Of a stretch of 64,000 nucleotides of DNA, positions 46,332 through 54,306 are shown piece after piece. The DNA is from an uncultured bacterium (GTDB lineage Bacteria; Patescibacteriota; Minisyncoccia; UBA6257; 2-01-FULL-56-20), in NCBI GenBank assembly GCA_963844965.1, contig CAWJQC010000004.1, positions 64,001 through 128,000 of the forward strand, written 5' to 3'. How positions within the stretch are numbered: the first letter of the stretch is position 1; each line of letters opens with the position of its first letter. The notes beneath the pieces are model-generated. The model was not told the origin of the DNA and made no database searches. It was given only the letters and a program-made list of their open reading frames with translations. The translations under genes and the position numbers were made by a program.

Positions 46332-48005
46332 CTACACGGGAAAACTCCCGTTTTCCCGACCCCTTTCCCTGATTTTGGGCGTCACCCAAAATCCCAACCG
46401 CCATTTCCCTCCCAACATCAATCTGGTCTGCGCTTCAAGACCTGGCAACGCGCCAAAGATTATGAGCGTCAGCGGTATAAAAATCCACTGAAGAAAATAA
46501 ATGAGGTAGTGCCGCGCGCGGAACCAGCGCGGGCGCGGAGGCAAGAGCAGAATACCTAAAATCGCCGAACTTGCGATGCCTATCATGGAAAGCGAGACGA
46601 TGAAACGCGCGACTTGCGGCAGACTGTAAGAAAGGAGCGTGTAGTTGAAACGCCTGCCGCCGATGAACACCGGCAGCCACCCCAACGCGAAGATCATGAG
46701 GGAATTCGTCGCCCAAGAATGGAAACCTTCAAGGATATTGAAGGACCAATACCATTTTTTTCTTTTCGGAATTTCCGGGTCGCGCCGGAAGCCGTCCAGA
46801 AGATACGGAATATTTTCCGCGCCCCATCCCCAGCGCCGCTGTTGCCTGTAGATATTTTTCATCGTGGCCCAGAAAGTCGGCGCCGCGGGCGCGTCCATGG
46901 AAACCGGGTAAAGAAGGGGCTCAACGCGAAAATCGCCGTGATAGTGGAGATAGCACTGCCAAAAAATCCTTGAGTCCTCGGAGACAACGTCCTTATGCCA
47001 AAAACCGACGTCAATCAGCGTTTTCAGGGGAATTGACTGCGAAGAAAAAGAGGTCAGACGTTCCGGGCGCGACTGCTGCATCATCTGCCAGAAGGTTGAC
47101 GAAAAAGAAACGACGCGCGCCAAAGCCGGCGTCTCGTAAACGTTGTTCATGAAAAGCGGCACCGGCTGGTAAATCGCACGCTCGCGATCCTCCGAAGACA
47201 AAAAAACGTAGGCAAGCCGCCCGAAATATTCCGGGAAAACCTGCGTGTCAATGTCAAAAACCGACACTAAGATATTTTCATATCTTAACGCGGACTTACG
47301 CGGACTTAACGCGGAACTACGCGGAAAAACTTCTGCATTAGTCTGCACTTGCCCGCCTAAATTTCCTTCGGAAACTTTGGCGGGTAAATCTGCGTTAGTC
47401 TGCGCATTGACCAATGGGTCAATTATTAATTCTTTGGCGTGTGCCGCCGCCCACGCCTCATTGGAACCTTTGCCGGGAATTTCACCGGCTAAATTCCGCG
47501 GATGGACAGTGACAAGAAACCTGAAAAATTTATCGGCGAATTCTTTTTTTATTTTTTCGGCGACCGCTCTGGCGTCTTCCCCACCCGCTTCCTCCGTCGC
47601 CAGCACGACCAAAAGCTTATCCAGCGGATAATTCACGCGAACCAAGCTCTCAAAACTTCCGCGAACCACTTCATAGGGCTCTTTGTACATCGGAAGAATA
47701 ATAAGGTGATACACTTCCGACCATGACAATGACTTATGACGATGACCGCTCAAATTATTGTTATCGTTATTGTCATTTGTCATAGTCCGCAATTTTTCCA
47801 GCCAATCCACTCTCAGGTTTTTCCTCATCGCCGAAAAAGTTGAGCGCAAGTGCAGAGAGAGATAAATCGTTTTCAGGAGCCAGTAGATGTCAAAGAGTAT
47901 GATAAAAACCGCGACGGCGGCGGGCAGCTTCCACGACAGAAAGACCATCAAAAATAAAGTGAGCCAGGCAAGACCTCCGGGAAGAATTTCAAAAAAACGG
48001 TGCAT
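46332..48005 (-). CDS. Membrane glycosyltransferase family 2 (processive-type, QxxRW motif) with an in-frame repeat-element insert at about 47270-47420
   Basis: N-terminal TMs; LVVLATEEAGGED, FDIDTQ (DxD-like), QQRRWGWG, C-terminal TMs. The insert encodes QTNADLPAKVSEGNLGGQVQTNAEVFPRSSALSPRKSAL. Confidence 0.65.
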   Translation of the reverse strand: MHRFFEILPGGLAWLTLFLMVFLSWKLPAAVAVFIILFDIYWLLKTIYLSLHLRSTFSAMRKNLRVDWLEKLRTMTNDNNDNNNLSGHRHKSLSWSEVYHLIILPMYKEPYEVVRGSFESLVRVNYPLDKLLVVLATEEAGGEDARAVAEKIKKEFADKFFRFLVTVHPRNLAGEIPGKGSNEAWAAAHAKELIIDPLVNAQTNADLPAKVSEGNLGGQVQTNAEVFPRSSALSPRKSALRYENILVSVFDIDTQVFPEYFGRLAYVFLSSEDRERAIYQPVPLFMNNVYETPALARVVSFSSTFWQMMQQSRPERLTSFSSQSIPLKTLIDVGFWHKDVVSEDSRIFWQCYLHYHGDFRVEPLLYPVSMDAPAAPTFWATMKNIYRQQRRWGWGAENIPYLLDGFRRDPEIPKRKKWYWSFNILEGFHSWATNSLMIFALGWLPVFIGGRRFNYTLLSYSLPQVARFIVSLSMIGIASSAILGILLLPPRPRWFRARHYLIYFLQWIFIPLTLIIFGALPGLEAQTRLMLGGKWRLGFWVTPKIRERGRENGSFPV

Positions 48006-48101
48006 GCAAAAGTCAATTAAAAAAATTTTAGTGTTACCTATCTATTATACACCTGCAACCGCTTTTGACTTTTAGGGTTTAGTTTTTTATCTTACTTATA
48101 A

Positions 48102-48176
48102 GGCCCTGTCGTCTAGTCTGGCCTAGGACACAGGCTTTTCAAGCCTGGTACACGGGTTCGAATCCCGTCGGGGCTG
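48102..48176 (+). tRNA. tRNA-Glu (anticodon TTC)
   Basis: Near-collinear with E. coli tRNA-Glu: TCGTCTAG-TCTGGCCTAGGAC D-arm, CAGGC-TTTTCAA-GCCTG anticodon arm, ACGGG-TTCGAAT-CCCGT T-arm. The acceptor has two G.U pairs (a possible indel). Confidence 0.75.
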
Positions 48177-48265
48177 CCGTGAAATAAAAACTCCGGGCGT
48201 TGTAGCGCGCCGCGGAGTTTCGGTTCCGCCCGAAAATCGGCCCGGCTCTGCCGTGATGCATGAGA

Positions 48266-48712
48266 TCAATTGACTCTGTCTTTATGTCCTTCTCGCTGTA
48301 GTTCCCCATACGACAGTTCTCCCTCGCCCTCAAAGTCCGGTGACGCTTCGCAACCCGCGCGCGAATAGGCCTCGTAAGCCATCACAAGCTGGCGCGCCCG
48401 CAAAAATACATCCCACAATCTCGCGCCGCTTACTGCACGCGCCTCAATAATCCCCCTCAAAACATTGTTCTGACAATCTTCGGGTAGTCGCCTGAATGCC
48501 AAACATAGGTCTCTCATCTCATCCAGCGTCACGATAAGTTCGGCACCGCAGAATTGACGTACGCTCTCCGTGTAAACATTCATGGTTGCCAGACTGACGA
48601 GGTATTCGCTTTCCACCTCGCGCTCTTGTCTGCGTCGGCGTCTTTGCCGCCGCAAGAATCTTTTCCAATCGCCATGACGGTTTTCAACCGCCACCTTATC
48701 TTCTTTTCTCAT
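48266..48712 (-). CDS. Hypothetical protein (148 aa), Arg-rich N-terminus
   Basis: ORF only. Confidence 0.35.
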   Translation of the reverse strand: MRKEDKVAVENRHGDWKRFLRRQRRRRRQEREVESEYLVSLATMNVYTESVRQFCGAELIVTLDEMRDLCLAFRRLPEDCQNNVLRGIIEARAVSGARLWDVFLRARQLVMAYEAYSRAGCEASPDFEGEGELSYGELQREGHKDRVN

Positions 48713-48862
48713 CCTTCACCAACCCGTTCCTTGACAAAAATTTCTATTAGAATCATATAACACAACATTGCCTCCCACAACCGGAGGCAACGGCTCCATA
48801 AACTACGAGGTGAGACAAGAATAAAAAATCCCGCTTGCCAATCAGGCAACGGGATGAACAAC

Positions 48863-50158
48863 TCAGGCAGGCCGGATCAACACCCGCGCGTAATTTTTCG
48901 TGAAATATTTGTTGGCAACATCGCGCAATCTTTTCAATTTCAGACCTTTCATGCGCTTCTCAAAGTCGTGCAACCGCACAAGCTCTTCGTCGCCGTTCGA
49001 GGCGGCCATAACAATCGTATCGGCCAGACAATCGGGCAATCTGTGGAACATTTCATAGTACTCATCGAGCATTCTTTCCCTTGTGTCCGCAAATTGTCGT
49101 TCGTCCACCAGATCCGTTTTCAGTTTCCCAATCTCTTCAAGTGTGGCCCTTTCACCGTACGCAGCGAAGTCGCTACTTGCCGTGGCAAAACCCACGTAAA
49201 TCATGCCGTTAACAAAAGTCCGCGGTGTCTCAACGGAAACCCTGTACACGCCGCCATTGAAGTCGGTATTCTCATTCCGTAGGCGGCGATAGAGCCGCCG
49301 CTCTAGAATCCTTGCCAATACGTCAATCGTTTCAGCATCCGGACTAAGATAGGACTCCGTCGGAAAACCAATGCCGCAATAAAACAACTTGATGTCCCGG
49401 ACGATCTCCAGCGGCCTTATTTCATTGAGAACCGGCAAGTCGTCTAAATGGTCATAGTCCAGCTCGGGCGGTTCCGTGGCGCAATTCCAATCGCCGAAAT
49501 ATCTCTCGGCAATTTCCTTAACTCCCTGAAATGGCGGGCCGAGAATAATCAGAAACACGTTCTTCGGCACATAGTACCGATTCACGAATTTTCTCATAGC
49601 GTACGGAGTAATCTTGCGCAGAAGTTCCGGCTCGCAATCAATGCGGTAGCGGACAGGATTCTTCTCGTACATAAGCGCGTATACGGAATCTCGGAGAAGT
49701 TCTTTCATATCTTCAACGCCATACTCAAGATATTCCTTATACGCCGCCGCCATTTCAGACAGAGAAATCTTTCCCTGGTCAATAAGGCGATGGTCCTGAT
49801 GGACAAAGCTCGTCAGAATATCAAAAACTTCTTTCATGTATCTTTCCCGCCGGATGCTCGCGTGTCCGTAAAATGTGCACGTTCTCGTGGTGAATATGTT
49901 CCAGTCGCCGCTGTAATCGCCCAGATATCTCCAAAACTTGGACTCAACATCGTCGGCGCTATATTTGCGCGACTTGGTACAAATGACGTGTTCGGTGAAA
50001 TGCGCCATGCCGCCGTTCATGTGTATCGCTCCAACCTTCACGCCGACCCCGGAAAGCCAGGTCGTATGGGACGAATCATACTGCCCATAATAACGCATCC
50101 CGTTGCCGAGGACGTCGGTCTTGACCTTCAGTGATTCTCTCATCGGCGATTTCTCCAT
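48863..50158 (-). CDS. Peptidase M16 (insulinase/pitrilysin) family protein
   Basis: Inverted zinc motif HFTEH (HxxEH) near the N-terminus; length and composition fit M16. Confidence 0.6.
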   Translation of the reverse strand: MEKSPMRESLKVKTDVLGNGMRYYGQYDSSHTTWLSGVGVKVGAIHMNGGMAHFTEHVICTKSRKYSADDVESKFWRYLGDYSGDWNIFTTRTCTFYGHASIRRERYMKEVFDILTSFVHQDHRLIDQGKISLSEMAAAYKEYLEYGVEDMKELLRDSVYALMYEKNPVRYRIDCEPELLRKITPYAMRKFVNRYYVPKNVFLIILGPPFQGVKEIAERYFGDWNCATEPPELDYDHLDDLPVLNEIRPLEIVRDIKLFYCGIGFPTESYLSPDAETIDVLARILERRLYRRLRNENTDFNGGVYRVSVETPRTFVNGMIYVGFATASSDFAAYGERATLEEIGKLKTDLVDERQFADTRERMLDEYYEMFHRLPDCLADTIVMAASNGDEELVRLHDFEKRMKGLKLKRLRDVANKYFTKNYARVLIRPA

Positions 50159-50278
50159 CGTGATGTAAAAAACTAAAAGTATCCTAAGTCAAATATGTAA
50201 AAAGTCAAATAATTCGGCGGGGATATTTCTCGCGATTTTTTCAGAACAAAACGGAGCGGCCAAGCCGCTCCGACACAC

Positions 50279-51970
50279 CTAATTTCCCGCCTTTTCTCGC
50301 AACGCAAGTTCTTTCTTCATCAAGCTGACTGGAATTGAGCCGAAGGAAAGGATCAGATCGTGGAACTCTTTAAGAGTCATGCCCTTCGCCAGACATTCCT
50401 CGCGCCATTTCAGTATCTCGCGCCTGCCCAGGAGATAACACATCGGATAGCCGGGTATCTCAGTATACATGCAAATTTCCCGCTTGGCGCGTTGCGGACT
50501 CCAACCAAGTTCGTCTATATAAATCTTCTGAGCTTCCTCGGGACTAATCTTCTTTGTGTGCAAACCGATGTCTATAATTACCCGGTATGACCTCCAGAGC
50601 TGGTCAACAAGATTCTGCATCTTAAGATACGGGTCGGTTATCAAGCCGACTTCTTCGGCGAGCTGTTCCACGTAAAACCCCCACCCCTCAATAAAGATGG
50701 TGAACGCGTTCAGCCGGCGTACGATACTCGGGTGTTTATGTGCAAGTGTCATCTGCAAATGGTGACCAGGATACGTTTCGTGGCAAGCGACCGGCACTAG
50801 TCCGAAGTGATCCTTGTATTGTTCCTGCTTCCGACGTTCGTCCGAATATCTGTCACCGGCAGGGTCCGAAACAAGGAAAAACGCCCATTTTTCTCTCTCA
50901 AAAGGTCCGCAAGGCCAATAGGCAGCTGTCGGTATAAGCGTCCGCCAAAAGCACGGGGTTGGCACAACGTCAACGCCTTCTTCTATCTTCGGCACCACCG
51001 AACCACGGTTGAAAAATCTTTCAACCTGAGCCGCGGCTTCCTTGTACAGTCGCATAAGATTTGACTCGTCAAAGCCGTGCGATTCAATCCGCCGCAGATA
51101 CAGTTCTCGCCATGTCTTGGATGGATCTATGCTCTTCGCAAGCTCTCCCAGTTTCGCCTTAGTTTCTCCAACGGCCTGCCAAGCAATTTCTTCAAGCTCC
51201 TCAAGGGAATACGGCAGGAAATGCCATTCGCGGACGATCTCCTGAAGCACTTCCCTGCCGGCGGCAAAATCTCCATTGGCGAGCGGTTTTATTTTGGCGA
51301 GCCACACTTCGTACACGTCAAGCGCGCGGCGCGCCTTCCGAATCGCTTCCCTGAAACAGTTACGCAGCCTCGGATAAAGAGCCGAAAATTTTCCCTCAAA
51401 CTCGTCAAAGAAACGCCGCGCGTTCTGAACTTCGTCTTCGGCCATTTCAACCCAAATGAGCGGCGGGTTAGCGATGGTCCGGCGGGCGCTTCGCAACACG
51501 GCGGGGATATGTCTCACGCGCCAGAGTATGCACCGCGCAACCAATTTTTGCGTACGGCGGGTCATAGTCACGAGCGGCACGTAGGTTGCGAAAACTGACC
51601 ACTCCAGGGGTATCACTGGATCCTTATCGTGAAACTTCTTGTCAACCAGCCAGCGATACAAGTTCAAGCAATGTTTCTGTTCCGCGACGGCAATTTCATA
51701 ATCCACCGTGCCCGTCGGAGAGAAAGCGGCCGGGGGAAGATATTCCCCAACAAGCTCCAAAAACCTGAGGCGGGCTTTATATGCCTTTAACCAAAACTTG
51801 TTTGACCCAACGGATTGTTGGGAGAGCATGTGGTCGTAATCGTGTATGCCGTAGCACGTTGCCAATTCGGGCTCCAGCGGCAGATCATGTAAAAACCAGG
51901 AATAATAGTGCCGATAAAATTCATCCTCAAACCGAGACGCCGACTCCGGAATTCTGACCATCCACTTCAT
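50279..51970 (-). CDS. DUF885-type putative metallopeptidase
   Basis: 563 aa; CHETYPGHHLQ motif (HExxPGHH), as in DUF885 family proteins. Confidence 0.5.
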   Translation of the reverse strand: MKWMVRIPESASRFEDEFYRHYYSWFLHDLPLEPELATCYGIHDYDHMLSQQSVGSNKFWLKAYKARLRFLELVGEYLPPAAFSPTGTVDYEIAVAEQKHCLNLYRWLVDKKFHDKDPVIPLEWSVFATYVPLVTMTRRTQKLVARCILWRVRHIPAVLRSARRTIANPPLIWVEMAEDEVQNARRFFDEFEGKFSALYPRLRNCFREAIRKARRALDVYEVWLAKIKPLANGDFAAGREVLQEIVREWHFLPYSLEELEEIAWQAVGETKAKLGELAKSIDPSKTWRELYLRRIESHGFDESNLMRLYKEAAAQVERFFNRGSVVPKIEEGVDVVPTPCFWRTLIPTAAYWPCGPFEREKWAFFLVSDPAGDRYSDERRKQEQYKDHFGLVPVACHETYPGHHLQMTLAHKHPSIVRRLNAFTIFIEGWGFYVEQLAEEVGLITDPYLKMQNLVDQLWRSYRVIIDIGLHTKKISPEEAQKIYIDELGWSPQRAKREICMYTEIPGYPMCYLLGRREILKWREECLAKGMTLKEFHDLILSFGSIPVSLMKKELALREKAGN

Positions 51971-52317
51971 CTGTTCTCGCCTCCTCTTTTCAAATAACCA
52001 CTGGATTAGAGTTTACACAAAAAAGAGAATTTGGCAATAGAAAAGGATTTTAGAAGATTCCGCAAAAATGAGCCGCCCATCAGCGGCGATTTACAACCGC
52101 GTCGTATTTTCCTATCATAAGCACCATGATTATCCTGGGAATTGAAACGAGCTGCGAGGGCTACGATTTTCCTTTTCGAGGGACGGCTCGCTTCGCTCCA
52201 GCGGCGAAGCGGCGCTGTATCTCAATGCAGCGGTCGCCTTCGGCGAACCAAGCCCGCCGCATTTCCGATAACCCCTCAAAAAAGAAAATCTCCGCTTAAG
52301 AAAAATTAACTAATTCA

Positions 52318-53361
52318 ATGAAGATATTAGCTATAGAAACCAGCTGTGATGAAACCGGGCTTGCCATTGTTGAGGCAAGCGGTGGTTTGCGCTCACCGCG
52401 GTTCAAGGTTTTGAAAAACCTGGTTGCTTCGCAAATCAAAATCCATCGTCCTTTTGGCGGCGTCGTTCCCAATCTCGCCAAGCGAGAACATCTGAAAAAT
52501 CTGCCGATCCTTTACAAGAAAATTGAAAATTCTAAGTTGAAAATTGAAAATTGTGACCTGGTCGTGGTAACTGTCGGTCCCGGACTGGAACCAGCCCTTT
52601 GGACCGGGATAGAATTTGCGAAAAACTTACCTGCCACCTGCCACCCACCACCCACCAAACTTGTCGGCACCAGTCACTTGGAGGGACATCTCTACAGTTT
52701 TTTGCTGCCCACGAAATCCACGAGCGGCTACGCTTCGGCACTCCTGCCGAAAGCCGTTTTTCCAGCTATAGCACTCATCGTCTCGGGCGGACACACTATA
52801 CTCTTATACATGGAATCGTTCTCCAAGTGGAAGCGGCTCGGCGAAACGCGCGATGACGCCGCGGGCGAGGCGTTTGACAAGGTCGCGCGCCTTCTTGAGC
52901 TTCCTTACCCCGGCGGGCCGGAGATAGAAAAGCTCGCAGCGAGAGGAAATCCATTCGCCATCACGTTCCCGCGCCCGATGCTTGACCAGAAAAATTACGA
53001 CTTCAGTTTCTCGGGGCTCAAAACTTCCGTCCTATACTACCTGAGAGACAATCCTCGCGCGAACAAAGCCGACGTTGCCGCGGGATTTGAGCAGGCGGTC
53101 GTTGATGTTCTCGTCGCGAAAGCCAAACGTGCCGCGCAGGAATACGGCGCCGAATCCATACTCCTCTCCGGCGGCGTCGCAGCGAACAAGCACTTGCGCA
53201 GGGCGCTCGCGCGCGCGGCTGAACTCATCGGCGCCAATTTCTTCGTTCCCGATTTCAAATACAACGCGGACAACGCCGTGATGATTGCGGCCGCCGGATA
53301 TATGGCGTATTTACGTAAGAAAAAATATAAACTTGAAGCACGGGGAAATTTAGAGATATAA
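52318..53361 (+). CDS. tsaD: tRNA N6-adenosine threonylcarbamoyltransferase TsaD (Kae1/Gcp family) with a short repeat-encoded insert
   Basis: MKILAIETSCDETGLAIVE... HLEGHLYS ... VSGGHTIL ... GGVAANKHLR. Insert LPATCHPPPT is encoded by ACCTGCC/ACCCACC heptamer-like repeats at 52621-52650. Confidence 0.8.
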   Translation: MKILAIETSCDETGLAIVEASGGLRSPRFKVLKNLVASQIKIHRPFGGVVPNLAKREHLKNLPILYKKIENSKLKIENCDLVVVTVGPGLEPALWTGIEFAKNLPATCHPPPTKLVGTSHLEGHLYSFLLPTKSTSGYASALLPKAVFPAIALIVSGGHTILLYMESFSKWKRLGETRDDAAGEAFDKVARLLELPYPGGPEIEKLAARGNPFAITFPRPMLDQKNYDFSFSGLKTSVLYYLRDNPRANKADVAAGFEQAVVDVLVAKAKRAAQEYGAESILLSGGVAANKHLRRALARAAELIGANFFVPDFKYNADNAVMIAAAGYMAYLRKKKYKLEARGNLEI

Positions 53362-53375
53362 ATAAAGAACCCAAA

Positions 53376-53648
53376 TTAATGGGTTCGGTTTTGCGTAGCT
53401 CCAAGCTTCAAAAGATAGGTGTCCTGCATTGAAGGATAGAACTTGCAACGTTCACAGTAAGAACTGAATCCCGCTGGGCGGACCACAACTTGGAGTGGTT
53501 CATCGCATTCCGCGCAATACAATATCGATTCCACGTTCGTTATGTTGCTTCTTTTACACTCTGGGCAGTATATTCCTCTGCCATTTGTCATCTGTAAAAG
53601 TTGGCAGCATTTAGCGCAGTACAACATGTACAACCGTCCTTTGGTCAC
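53376..53648 (-). CDS. Cys-rich zinc-ribbon small protein
   Basis: 90 aa with CAKCC, CPEC, CAEC, CERC pairs. Confidence 0.4.
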   Translation of the reverse strand: MTKGRLYMLYCAKCCQLLQMTNGRGIYCPECKRSNITNVESILYCAECDEPLQVVVRPAGFSSYCERCKFYPSMQDTYLLKLGATQNRTH

Positions 53649-53755
53649 ATAAACCAGGATCCATGTTCCCCCCCTCCTAAAAAACTGATTTGATTGTATG
53701 AAAAGAACTTAATTTAGTCAAACAATAGCTGGAGGCGCAAGGAGTATCTAAGAAT

Positions 53756-54220
53756 TTAAATAAAAAAACAATTGGGTTGGAGCGCGCGCTCCAACCCATT
53801 AGAAATAACCACGACAATGTCGGGATGCAAACTTTCACGGTCCGCTCCCTTGAAAAAGCCGCCGTTGATGAGCACGTATCGGAAAATATCGCCGTCGTTT
53901 GGGTCGCAAAATGTGGCTACGTGCTCTTCTTCCCCGGTCCAACCGACGGCAAACGTCTTGCCGTCGCGCACAAGGTTTGTTTGTATTCCTAAACTGCAAA
54001 CAAACCTGCCGCTCTTCGGGTTCCAACGGAAAGAACCGAAGTGCCAATTACCGTCGTTCACGTTCTCCCACTCGCTAGAATTCACTTCGGCAAGCACCAT
54101 GCCGCCCCTCATCAACCTTAACGTGACCGGCGTCCTAACAATATTGAAAAACCAATCATTGATCTTCCGATAAAGCTTCCTCAGCATAAACATAAGCTCC
54201 TCCCAAATCATACTTAACAA
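53756..54220 (-). CDS. Hypothetical protein (154 aa)
   Basis: ORF only. Confidence 0.35.
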   Translation of the reverse strand: MLSMIWEELMFMLRKLYRKINDWFFNIVRTPVTLRLMRGGMVLAEVNSSEWENVNDGNWHFGSFRWNPKSGRFVCSLGIQTNLVRDGKTFAVGWTGEEEHVATFCDPNDGDIFRYVLINGGFFKGADRESLHPDIVVVISNGLERALQPNCFFI

Positions 54221-54306
54221 ATAAAAACTAACTAAATCTTACTCGGCCGGGATATTGATGTCAAGTTTTTGTGGAAAAAATTCGGAAAATGGCATAGAAT
54301 AACTTC

